From: Marinicella sp.
Lineage (GTDB): Bacteria; Pseudomonadota; Gammaproteobacteria; Xanthomonadales; Marinicellaceae
Direction of reading: 5' to 3'
NCBI GenBank assembly: GCA_965230295.1
Contig: OZ246001.1
Location: 1,984,001-2,048,000, forward strand
DNA: 64,000 nt
A model generated the notes under the pieces. That model was given only the letters and a program-made list of their open reading frames with translations. It was not told where the DNA came from and searched no databases. Within the stretch, counting starts at the first letter, position 1; every line of letters begins with the position of its first letter. Positions 1-9,042 of the stretch are shown here, piece by piece. Both the position numbers and the translations under genes were made by a program.

Positions 1-309
1 TTGATCCTACAGATAATTATGGAAGCTTCGCTTGTTTGCTGCGCAAACTGGATCCCCGGGTCAAGCCCGAGGATGACGGTAGTGAAAGTAGGTCATTCCG
101 ACCGAGTATAGCGAGTGGAGGAAAAAATAGCAGAATAGCTGTTTTTTCACGCGAAGCGACCCGTAGGGTGAACGGCAGGAGCCGTGAATTAATCTCATGA
201 ATCTGGAGAATAGTTATCAGATTGCCGCGTCGCTGCGCTCCTCGCAATGACTCAAGTTTCTGAGAATGTCTGGTCTTTAGGGGATTCCTCGGCTGCGCTC
301 GGGATGACA
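1..309. repeat. Cluster of REP-like palindromic units
   Basis: Short hairpin units: CTGGATCCCCGGGTCAAGCCCGAGGATGACG (48-78), GTCATTCCGACCGAG (from 92), AGATTGCCGCGTCGCTGCGCTCCTCGCAATGAC (219-251), GGGATTCCTCGGCTGCGCTCGGGATGACA (281-309). Bases 1-78 are repeated at 1934-2009. Confidence 0.85.
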
Positions 310-311
310 TG

Positions 312-365
312 TTAACGCTCCAGCCAAATCGAGCGCCATATGTTCAAAATATCAGCCACTGCAGC
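312..365 (-). pseudogene. Degenerate duplicate of the 3' end of the zinc metallopeptidase gene at 4002-4697
   Basis: 311-365 matches 4001-4055 at 45/55 nt by eye. It translates AAVADILNIWRSIWLER* versus AALADILNLWRWIRLVR* in the intact gene. Confidence 0.8.
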
Positions 366-435
366 GCCGAGCTTCTTGCAGATAAAGGGTATTTAAGCCA
401 TAAGTTATAATGATAAATTTACTGATGTCCTAATT

Positions 436-1395
436 ATGAATGCGACACAACATTTGACTTTGCGGCTACTCATTGTTCTGATGGTTTTGGTTCATCAACC
501 ATGCCGCGCTGAGAAACCAACAGCCCGCTGGGGGCATGTATTTATTTATGACCCGGCAAGAGATGAAATATTGATGTTTGGCGGAGCAAAAGGTCGCCAA
601 CAATATTTGAATGATACATGGATTTGGAGAGCTGGGAATTGGCAGCAGCAAATGACAGGTGGGCCAGGGGCGCGTGGCTTCAGTGCAGCAACCTATCATT
701 CGGGTCGTGAAACCATAGTCATTCATGGCGGGCGGGATAATGATAATAAAAGTCTTTCAGATACCTGGGAATGGAACGGTAAAAAGTGGAGTTTGTTGAG
801 TGCAAGCAGTGATTTTGTCGCTGACCATCATAAAATGACGTATTTGCCAAAAGAAGGAACCATACTTGCATTTGGCGGTTGGGATGGCCAGGGTGTGAAT
901 GGCCATACCTGGATATGGGATAATGAATGGCAGAAGATTCAGACTTTATCGCCACCAGCGCGTTCTGCATTTGGAATGACCTATGATCCAACCCGAGACG
1001 CTGTCATCGTTTATGGTGGGTTGTGGATTCAAGGCCAATATGCAGATGTATGGAAGTGGGAAAAAGGTCTGTGGCAAGCGTCGAGTGGGCCTTATGATAA
1101 TTCGTCTTTGGATCACCATGAGTTGGTGTTTGATCATAAAATCAATAAAATCATAGGTTTTGGGGGTAAGAATTACCGATACCAGGCCCAAACCAAAACT
1201 TGGCAAGTTAAAGGTGGAAAAGTCTCTGAGTTATCACGCACTGGCCCCAATGCGCGATACAGCATTGGGCTTACTTATCACACCAAACTTAACCGGGCGT
1301 ATTTATTTGGTGGTAAAAAACAAGAGCAGGGAAAAACACTTCCACTGGATGACTTTTGGTATTGGGATGGGGAAAGTTGGTATTTGATTGAATAA
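436..1395 (+). CDS. Secreted Kelch-repeat beta-propeller protein
   Basis: Signal peptide; six repeats with R..h..YD....hhhFGG...DTW.W pattern. Confidence 0.85.
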   Translation: MNATQHLTLRLLIVLMVLVHQPCRAEKPTARWGHVFIYDPARDEILMFGGAKGRQQYLNDTWIWRAGNWQQQMTGGPGARGFSAATYHSGRETIVIHGGRDNDNKSLSDTWEWNGKKWSLLSASSDFVADHHKMTYLPKEGTILAFGGWDGQGVNGHTWIWDNEWQKIQTLSPPARSAFGMTYDPTRDAVIVYGGLWIQGQYADVWKWEKGLWQASSGPYDNSSLDHHELVFDHKINKIIGFGGKNYRYQAQTKTWQVKGGKVSELSRTGPNARYSIGLTYHTKLNRAYLFGGKKQEQGKTLPLDDFWYWDGESWYLIE

Positions 1396-1493
1396 GCATA
1401 ATGTACTTCTCTTTTATTGGAAATCAATGGGGTAAAGGTGCTCGTTAGGGCAAGGCAGCACTGTAAGAGCCCTGAGCCATAACATCACTATTT

Positions 1494-2009
1494 CGTCTTG
1501 CCGGCGTAGGCCGGCATCCAGTGTCTTTCATATGGTATTCAATTATTGTTAATACTCAACTTAAGAGTTTTCTAAAAGACACTGGATCCCGGATCGCCAA
1601 AAGTAGGTCCATTAAGGAAGTCCGGGCAGGAATTGATCCAATCAATTCTCTGCATTCACCACGATGACGATAGGTGGCAAGATCAGTGGTAAATAAAGGG
1701 TCAGTATCCTTGAGCAGGATTTTTCTTAGTTCGTCATCCTGCGGCTTGACCGCAGGACCCAGGTGCGGGATGATAAAAACATTTGGATATTGTCCTAAAC
1801 TTAAAGGTCCACTTGCCTGGATTCTGTGGTCAAGCCACAGAATGACGGTAGAAGGAGCTTAACATTCCAACCTACGACTATTTCTGTTTCGAATTACCGG
1901 CGCAGGCCGGTATCTAGCGTCTTTTAACATTTTTTGATCCTACAGATAAATATGGAAGCTTCGCTTGTTTGCTGCGCAAACTGGATCCCGGATCGAGTCC
2001 GGGATGACG
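1494..2009. repeat. Three inverted REP doublets (REPIN-like) between convergent genes
   Basis: Inverted pairs 1494-1528/1575-1669, 1732-1763/1817-1848 and 1890-1924/1981-2009, of the CGTCAT-hairpin-ATCCAG type. Confidence 0.85.
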
Positions 2010-2024
2010 GTTTTTAAGAGATGT

Positions 2025-3884
2025 TCATTCAAATGAATCCCTGAAAATCAGATCATTTTCGGCCAGCACTTCGATAACAGCTGGTTGGGTGGTGACTTGG
2101 AGGAGCCAGTCGGTGGAGGCGATTTGACCATCTTGGTCGACATCCAGATACAGGGCGGTGATCAAGTCGTAAATACCGGGTGGGATACTGGGATCTATTT
2201 GGAAGGATCGTTGTAGTGTGTTATTACCTGATAGAGTGATGGAAAAAGACACATCATTACCAGGATCTGAATAGTAGTTGATGCCATCAAACAAACTGGC
2301 GCCCAATAAAACAGGTCCAAAAGGGTGGGTGGAATCACTGGCATTGAACACCTCAAAATCGATGGTGAATGTTTCATTCACTGTGATGACGGGCACGTCG
2401 GTGCTGATGGAATCCAGGCGGATGGGGGTGCTGGCGTATTGATTGCGTTGACCTGCAGGGTTGTTACTGGCGTTGTAGTAATGATCGACAATGTCTGCAA
2501 AACTTTCGCCAGCTTGTGCTCTGAACTGTGTACCCCATTGTGACATGCCCCGGCCATGACCAAAACACCCCAGGCCAGCAGCCAAAGGATCTGCCAAACA
2601 GGTCCAGCCTGTCGCCGGGGAACCGACCGAACCATCGCCACAAGACAAATCGGCATTGGAACAGTTCAAACCGTCATTGGGGTCATCCCAACTGTTGTTT
2701 TGGGCCGAATATTCGGAGCGGGCCAACGCGCCATTTTGGTCCAGCATGATGCCGTTGGTGGCAATACCGGCATTGATGGTACTGGTAAAACCGGTGAATT
2801 CAAAGGCCTGACAACAAGGCCCGGCACAAATGTCGTAGCCTGAATAAGGTTGGTTGATGACATGCCAGGCGCCGTAAGATCGAAATGGGATGGTGCCTGC
2901 TTTTAAACTGTCTGGGTCCCAAGAAGAGATCCACTCATTATCCAGGCCGCGTTGCACGTAGGTTTCTAACGAGTAGACTTGACTGGTGACGCAATTGGAG
3001 CCACAACAAGTCCCGCCAGAACCATTGAAACCAACCCGTATGCTGGACGGAGGTTCCAGGTAGACGGCACCGGTTGATCGTTCTCTGCTGCTGATAAAGT
3101 CATCATGAATGTTTTCATGGTTGAATTTAGCACTCAGCCAATCGTGATCAATGTCACCGCCAAGAAGTCCAGTGAGTGGGTGCAGCAGGCTCTTTTCTTG
3201 CAGCCCTTGGCCCGGTTTTAAATCCATGACCATATGGACCTGAGCCTGGGTGTCGATGTCAGTCCAGCGTTGTGCTTGATAGCCTGGATGTTCAACCATG
3301 AGCGTGATGTTTTTGGGCAAGATTTCTGTGAAAACAAAAGCGCCCTGATGATCGGTAAACATTTGGGCATAAAATTCTCCACTGGAGATGATCACGGCCA
3401 CTTCTGTTAAAGGTTTTGCGGTCGTCTGATCGTAGAGGAAACCACACAGTTGAGCCTGGTCACAGAAAGATTTTGATTCAGTTTCTTGAGTCTTATCAAG
3501 CATGATTTGGGTTATCGGTATGTGTGAGTTGGCTGCTAAGTAGGTGTGCAGTGGTTGATAACCATCGGCGGAAACGGTCAGTACTTGTAAGTGCTTATCA
3601 GGCAAGACCTGAAAAAAATGATCGGTGGCCAACAACTCTTGTTGTTTGAGTTTAAGCACCTCATCGGGTAATTTTTGCCCGAGTTTAATCTGGTGCCATT
3701 GGTCAGGAGTCAGCTGTTCCTGGTTAATGGAATGGAGGGTGATTTTGGCATCCAGCGGCGCACCAGTATGACTGTCTCGCACAGTGAACTGAAACGCACT
3801 GCCAATGGCTGATTGACACCACAACAGTATGATCATGTACTTGATCAAAAGAGCGGTTTTTTGACGTTTTGTGCTGGGTTTCAT
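2025..3884 (-). CDS. Secreted SpoIID/LytB-domain protein with carboxypeptidase-regulatory-like domains and C-terminal DLIFRDSFE tail
   Basis: SLETYV..GL.NEW..SW..DSLKAG motif and GHGRGMSQWG motif; N-terminal signal peptide. Start is uncertain (3884 or 3896). Confidence 0.8.
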   Translation of the reverse strand: MKPSTKRQKTALLIKYMIILLWCQSAIGSAFQFTVRDSHTGAPLDAKITLHSINQEQLTPDQWHQIKLGQKLPDEVLKLKQQELLATDHFFQVLPDKHLQVLTVSADGYQPLHTYLAANSHIPITQIMLDKTQETESKSFCDQAQLCGFLYDQTTAKPLTEVAVIISSGEFYAQMFTDHQGAFVFTEILPKNITLMVEHPGYQAQRWTDIDTQAQVHMVMDLKPGQGLQEKSLLHPLTGLLGGDIDHDWLSAKFNHENIHDDFISSRERSTGAVYLEPPSSIRVGFNGSGGTCCGSNCVTSQVYSLETYVQRGLDNEWISSWDPDSLKAGTIPFRSYGAWHVINQPYSGYDICAGPCCQAFEFTGFTSTINAGIATNGIMLDQNGALARSEYSAQNNSWDDPNDGLNCSNADLSCGDGSVGSPATGWTCLADPLAAGLGCFGHGRGMSQWGTQFRAQAGESFADIVDHYYNASNNPAGQRNQYASTPIRLDSISTDVPVITVNETFTIDFEVFNASDSTHPFGPVLLGASLFDGINYYSDPGNDVSFSITLSGNNTLQRSFQIDPSIPPGIYDLITALYLDVDQDGQIASTDWLLQVTTQPAVIEVLAENDLIFRDSFE

Positions 3885-4001
3885 GATTGCAGTCAATATA
3901 CCACAAATGGGATATTGTCATTGCTGGCGAAACGTGGAAATCTCCTATGGCCTATCCAGATTGACGAGATTGCCGCGGTCGTCCCTCATGACTGTAATTT
4001 G

Positions 4002-4697
4002 TTATCGAACCAGCCGAATCCAGCGCCACAGGTTCAAAATATCAGCCAAGGCGGCTGCAACGTAGGTCAACGCACAGGCTTTGAGGATTTGGTGGACTTT
4101 GGGCAATTGGTCTTCAGTGATGTAGCCTTCCGACAAAATCGGCATGGCTTTGTTAAAACTGGCATCGTATTCTTCAGGCAGCACAGCCACATGCATCAAC
4201 ACCGAAGCGATCATGGTGAGTACACCAATCAGGATGGTGATCAATGCCAGGTGGGGGATTCTGAACACCAGTCCAATGACCGGTGAGATCATCAAAAATG
4301 ACACACCGAATTGTTTGATCCGATGCGCATGGCTCAAGTACTTATCACGCAGGCGGCTGACCGGTTCTTGTTTACAAAACTGAATGGCATGGCCCACTTC
4401 ATGGGCTGCCACCGCAACGGCGGTCAATGATTGGCCTTCGTGGACTTCAGGACTCAATGAAACTACTTTATTTTGTGGATCGTAGTAGTCTTCATTGGGT
4501 CCTCCTTTGATGACTTTAACCCCTTCTAGCTTAAAGCGCTCGATCAAGTGTAAAGCCAGCTCGCTGCCGGTTCCGTCCAAATTATCCAGATGTGTTTGGT
4601 GCTTGCGCAGCACATACTTGACCCACAGTTGGGGGCCAAACACAACCAACAATAAAACTATGATGATGACTATAGGCATGGGTAATAAATTAAACAA
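4002..4697 (-). CDS. Membrane zinc metallopeptidase (YugP/Zn_peptidase_2-like)
   Basis: AVAAHEVGHAIQ (HExxH), LPEEYDAS and ALTYVAAA motifs. Confidence 0.88.
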   Translation of the reverse strand: MFNLLPMPIVIIIVLLLVVFGPQLWVKYVLRKHQTHLDNLDGTGSELALHLIERFKLEGVKVIKGGPNEDYYDPQNKVVSLSPEVHEGQSLTAVAVAAHEVGHAIQFCKQEPVSRLRDKYLSHAHRIKQFGVSFLMISPVIGLVFRIPHLALITILIGVLTMIASVLMHVAVLPEEYDASFNKAMPILSEGYITEDQLPKVHQILKACALTYVAAALADILNLWRWIRLVR

Positions 4698-4883
4698 TGA
4701 AGATGCCCATGGGTCAAGTCAATCCGTAGGCTGCTCTGAGATTAATGCGATGACAGAATTAACGACCTGCGCCGATTTCAGCTGGCCCGTACAAATGATC
4801 GACAGTGGTGTTTTTCAATATCTCGGTGTCATGTTCTGGCATCAAAATACGAAATAAGGAACATTGAACAAGAGGGTTGTACC

Positions 4884-6254
4884 ATGAATAGTCGAATGAT
4901 GTTTAGGTTGAAATTTTTACGCAAAGCTTTGTTGGTTGGTGCTTTGTTGATTCAGCAGATGGCCATTGCGCACAAGGGTTATGAAAAAGCGCCAAGAGCC
5001 GATGTGATTTTTCATAACGCGGTTATCCTGACAATGGAGATGCCCGATGCTGTAAAACAAGCAATCGCCATTAAAGGAAACAAAATTATAGCTGTGGATA
5101 CTGATTTGAAAGTATTGGAGTTGGCTGGCCCGGATACCAAGGTAGTTGATATGAAGGGATACACCATCATGCCAGGTTTGGTAGATGCACATTCTCATTG
5201 GTTCAATGATTTCTGGGAGGGCAATCCTGATATTGAGGACTCACAAGATTTGATGATTAAAAACGGGATTACCACTGTTGGCAACATGTATGCCACACCA
5301 GAAGTGATTGCATACATGCGTGATTACGAACCCAATTTAAAAGTTCGAACCAGCTTGTATATGACAAAAACAACCAATTGCGGGGATGTAGAAGATAATT
5401 GGTATTTAAATTATCCTCCAACCAGTGAGCCGGGTGAAATGCTCAGGATAGGCGGAATTAAAATATTCGCCGATGGTGGCAGTTGCGGAGCTCCAGCCGT
5501 ATCAGTAGAAAGGGTCCCGGGAGGTGGGTTGGGTAATTTGTTTCATACCCAAGGTTTACTGACTCAAATGGTTAAAAAAGCGCATGATGCGAACTATCAG
5601 GTTGCCATTCATGGCATAGGAGATCGTGGGATAGAACAAGCACTGAATGCCATTGAGTATGCCTTAGATGGCGAACCAAATCACTTAAGGCACCGAATTG
5701 AACACAGCGCCATCTTAACACCGGAATTGATTGACAGGTTTGGTGAACTGGATGTCATTGCCACCATTTTTGGTTATAAACGCACTTGCTGGTTACCTGA
5801 AGAGTTGCCTGAATTTTATCAGCAAGCAGAGAATGCTCACAGGTCATTGATTGATCAAAACCCAAATTTGTATGTGGCCTGGCATGGCGATGACCCTATT
5901 GTCGAACCTGCCAATCCATTCATTGACATGTTTAGCCTGGCTACTCGAATCGATGTGATATCAGAAGAACAACCTTGTTACCCTCCTGATTGGCTGGCAG
6001 ATGAAACCCTCAGTGTAAAACAAATACTGAAAATTATGACCTTGGGTTCAGCCTATGCATTGAATCGAGATGATGAGGTTGGTAGTTTACGTCCTGGAAA
6101 ATTCGCTGATTTGATCGCAATTTCAGCCAATCCGCTGAAAGTAGATTCCAAAAACCTTAAAGACATTTATGTTTGGTTAACCATGATCGATGGTGAAGTG
6201 CTTTATTATAAAAGCATGCCACGGAAGTTTGAAGATAAGGTGTTGCTTAACTGA
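4884..6254 (+). CDS. Secreted amidohydrolase (Amidohydro_3/YtcJ-like)
   Basis: PGLVDAHSH, KIFADG, IHGIGD, RIEH and GSLRPGKFADL motifs; signal peptide. Confidence 0.88.
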   Translation: MNSRMMFRLKFLRKALLVGALLIQQMAIAHKGYEKAPRADVIFHNAVILTMEMPDAVKQAIAIKGNKIIAVDTDLKVLELAGPDTKVVDMKGYTIMPGLVDAHSHWFNDFWEGNPDIEDSQDLMIKNGITTVGNMYATPEVIAYMRDYEPNLKVRTSLYMTKTTNCGDVEDNWYLNYPPTSEPGEMLRIGGIKIFADGGSCGAPAVSVERVPGGGLGNLFHTQGLLTQMVKKAHDANYQVAIHGIGDRGIEQALNAIEYALDGEPNHLRHRIEHSAILTPELIDRFGELDVIATIFGYKRTCWLPEELPEFYQQAENAHRSLIDQNPNLYVAWHGDDPIVEPANPFIDMFSLATRIDVISEEQPCYPPDWLADETLSVKQILKIMTLGSAYALNRDDEVGSLRPGKFADLIAISANPLKVDSKNLKDIYVWLTMIDGEVLYYKSMPRKFEDKVLLN

Positions 6255-6467
6255 CCGTGAAGTTAGACTGATCTCATGTTTTCCAGTGAAATATGTGGTC
6301 GCTGAGGTCATCGCTCCAACGAGTCAGGAGCGTCAACTTCAGTCGATGTTGTGTCAGGTATTGATAACGCTGGTGTCAGTATGTTCACCAGTGGTAAGCT
6401 TGTGATCAAGGACAAGCACAATGAATGGGTCGAAAATCATGACAACGCAATCCACAACAATCACTAA

Positions 6468-6701
6468 GGAATGTTCTTGGGGCTCCATTCTGGTTCATGG
6501 TCTGACAGGTCTTCATATTTGCTGCGCAAATAAACCGACCTTTACAGACTATTGTCTGAGCAGTTGCTTCGCACTGCATGTCTGTTCCAGACAAAAGTGA
6601 AAACGACCACATCGAACATGACTTGCTACCTCGCGCTCTTCGCCTCTGATTCGCATTGCTCACCAACCGGCTCGGCGGGTCAAGCTGCTCAGCAGCTTTC
6701 C
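6468..6701 (+). mobile_element. Modular MITE/ERIC-like element, copy A (234 bp)
   Basis: Ends GGAATGTTCTTGGGG ... CAAGCTGCTCAGCAGCTTTCC, flanked by CTAA/TTAG. Near-identical blocks at 14275, 29346, 33078 and 46057. Confidence 0.85.
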
Positions 6702-7592
6702 TTAGCCCAGATTACTTTGCTGATTTTGATCCAAGTATCAGCACTGGCTGAACCCTTGCCCATCGAATTTGAGACAGGCACAATCAGTACGTCTGCGATT
6801 GAATATGGCATCACTTTTGCGCCTGACGGCCAATCTATGTACTTTGTTAGAGACCATGGACAATGGGGAAAAAACAACGGTAAAAGCACGATTTATCATG
6901 CCAGGAAAATCAATGGTGAATGGTCAAATCCTGTTGTGGCCGGTTTTTCAGGGCAATACAACGATTCTGATCCGCACGTCAGTGCTGATGGGCAACATTT
7001 GTATTTTATTTCAGATCGCCCAGTATTGGGGGTCCCGATCTCGGCAGATATTTGGGTGATGAGCCAGGATGAACAGGGGTTATGGCATGACTTAAAACGT
7101 ATATCGGCACCCATCAATTCAGAACATGTCGAGTACAGCCCCAGCACCACTGCCAATGGTGATTTGTATTTCGCCTCCGACCGCAGTGGGGGAATGGGCC
7201 AAAGAGACCTGTACCGGGTAAGAAAAACCGATGGAGGATATGGCCCGGTAGAAAATTTAGGACAATCAATCAATTCAGCCACCGAAGAATGGAACCTGAC
7301 CATCAATGATGTGGGTGATATGTTAATTTTTGAAGCATCTGGCAGACCAGGCAACTTATCCGGTGCGGGTGACCTTTACATCAGCTTTCTGCAGGAAGGT
7401 ACTTGGTCAAAGCCACAGCATATGCGTGAATTGAACAGCACTGGCAGTGATCTATACCCTGAAATTTTAGGTGATGCCTTGTTCTATGCCAGCAACGGCC
7501 GATCAAGTTCGAGGTCTCCCAATATCTATCAAATCGATTTCAAAAACATGCGGGAGAAGTACAAAATGGAAGCGACGAAATCAGTCGAGTAA
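6618..7592 (+). CDS. TolB-like / PD40 beta-propeller protein whose 5' end overlaps element copy A
   Basis: FAPDGQSMYF, DPHVSADGQHLYFISDR and LYFASDR..GG.G..DLY repeats. The only in-frame ATG ahead of the hydrophobic signal segment lies inside the repeat. Confidence 0.78.
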   Translation: MTCYLALFASDSHCSPTGSAGQAAQQLSLAQITLLILIQVSALAEPLPIEFETGTISTSAIEYGITFAPDGQSMYFVRDHGQWGKNNGKSTIYHARKINGEWSNPVVAGFSGQYNDSDPHVSADGQHLYFISDRPVLGVPISADIWVMSQDEQGLWHDLKRISAPINSEHVEYSPSTTANGDLYFASDRSGGMGQRDLYRVRKTDGGYGPVENLGQSINSATEEWNLTINDVGDMLIFEASGRPGNLSGAGDLYISFLQEGTWSKPQHMRELNSTGSDLYPEILGDALFYASNGRSSSRSPNIYQIDFKNMREKYKMEATKSVE

Positions 7593-7662
7593 GGCGTTTT
7601 GATTTCAGCATTGCCGACCATTTTTGCTTATAATGATTGAATTGCAAAACCATTACTCAACC

Positions 7663-8607
7663 ATGTCTAAAAAACTGTACCCACTGATCGAACCCAACCA
7701 ATCATTCCATTTAGCCGTCAGTGATGTTCATGACATCTATGTGGAAACTTGTGGTAACCCCGATGGGGTACCCGTCGTGTTTGTGCATGGGGGGCCGGGT
7801 GCGGGATGCCAGTTGGATGACCGTTGCTTTTTTGATCCGGATAAATACCACGTCGTGTTGTTTGATCAGCGCGGTTGTGGACGTTCCAAGCCGTTGGGAG
7901 ACATCACGGATAACACCACCAGCCACTTGCTGGCAGACATCGAAACCATCCGCAAACACCTGGACATTGATCAATGGGTGGTGTTTGGTGGCTCCTGGGG
8001 TTCGACTTTGAGTTTGGTTTATGCCCAAACCCATCGTGACCGTGTTTTGGGTATGGTTGTTCGTGGGGTGTTTTTTGGCACCCCGGCAGAAAACCGATGG
8101 TTGTGGCAAGAAGGGTTGAGTCACTTCAATCCGGAAGCCTATGAGCGTTACCAAAACCTGGTGCCAGTCACCCAGCGGGATCAGATACTCAAGGCATATT
8201 ATGCAATGATGACTGGTGATGATGCTGAGGTACGCCAGCGAGCGGCTTATGAAATGATGCGCTGGGAAGAAGCGGGTTTTACCATGCAAGACAACCCGGT
8301 TCCCGAGATGACCGATGGTTTTCCTTGGCATCAAGGGTTATTAGAAGCCCATTATTGTGCACATGGTTGTTTCATTGAAGGCCGGCCCATCGCAGAAAAC
8401 TTGGCCGTGTTAAAAGGTATGCCAGTCTATATTGTCAATGGTCGATATGACATGTTGTGTCCACCCGCCAAGGCGTATCAGTTGCACAAGGCCTTGCCAG
8501 ATTCGCACCTTGCCGTGGTTGATCGAGCAGGGCATGCTTCGAAAGAACCTGCTATGGTCAATGCTTTGGTCGGCGCCACTGATGACATGTTACGAGCGTT
8601 GCGATGA
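7663..8607 (+). CDS. pip: Prolyl aminopeptidase (proline iminopeptidase)
   Basis: HGGPGAG, DQRGCGRS, GGSWGS nucleophile, GRYD and AGH motifs. Confidence 0.93.
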   Translation: MSKKLYPLIEPNQSFHLAVSDVHDIYVETCGNPDGVPVVFVHGGPGAGCQLDDRCFFDPDKYHVVLFDQRGCGRSKPLGDITDNTTSHLLADIETIRKHLDIDQWVVFGGSWGSTLSLVYAQTHRDRVLGMVVRGVFFGTPAENRWLWQEGLSHFNPEAYERYQNLVPVTQRDQILKAYYAMMTGDDAEVRQRAAYEMMRWEEAGFTMQDNPVPEMTDGFPWHQGLLEAHYCAHGCFIEGRPIAENLAVLKGMPVYIVNGRYDMLCPPAKAYQLHKALPDSHLAVVDRAGHASKEPAMVNALVGATDDMLRALR

Positions 8608-8631
8608 ACCCATCAATGTCATGATGTTTGT

Positions 8632-9042
8632 ATGCCAAGTTCTGTCCCCAACAATCAAATAGATTACAGTCGTTGCTTCAGAACAACTTGTTGCCTGCTG
8701 TTGATGCTGGTGGCAGGATGGGTACAGGCCCATGGTGGCATTTCTGCGCTGGATGGCTTATTGGAGGCCATGATCATCTTGGCTTTGCTGTTTGGCATGG
8801 TCCTGGTTTGGTTGATATTTGTGATTTATTTCATGATTGCTGACAACATCAAGCAAACAGCTTTCAAGCGCATCAGAATCATCCTGTATGTGATGGCATC
8901 TTTGGTGGTGGCCATGGTGCTTTGGCTGTTGTTTCAAGATGGCATGAACCGGGAAAGCATGCGGTTGTTGTACTTTTTTATTTTGACCACTGTGCTGATC
9001 ACTGAATTGACCGTTTGGTTGACAAAAAAATGGCGTCAATAA
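8632..9042 (+). CDS. Hypothetical membrane protein
   Basis: ORF with 3-4 hydrophobic segments; start uncertain. Confidence 0.55.
   Translation: MPSSVPNNQIDYSRCFRTTCCLLLMLVAGWVQAHGGISALDGLLEAMIILALLFGMVLVWLIFVIYFMIADNIKQTAFKRIRIILYVMASLVVAMVLWLLFQDGMNRESMRLLYFFILTTVLITELTVWLTKKWRQ

Noticed and set aside
311-365. Possible DGR template/variable repeat pair with 4001-4055
   Set aside because: Only 4 of 10 mismatches have A in the would-be template, and no reverse transcriptase is present.
1494-2009. Possible CRISPR array or integron attC array
   Set aside because: Units are inverted, variable and irregularly spaced. There are no cas genes, no integrase and no attC core sites.
6270-6467. Possible gene remnant upstream of element copy A
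   Set aside because: A short open frame exists but has no recognisable family or start.
6406-6666. Repeated small ORFs encoding MQCEATAQTIV(C/Y)KGRFICAANMKTCQTMNQN (also 29470-29724 and 45998-46372)
   Set aside because: They are translations of the repeat core with inconsistent starts and ends. The core is absent in copy D, and conservation follows hairpins rather than codons.
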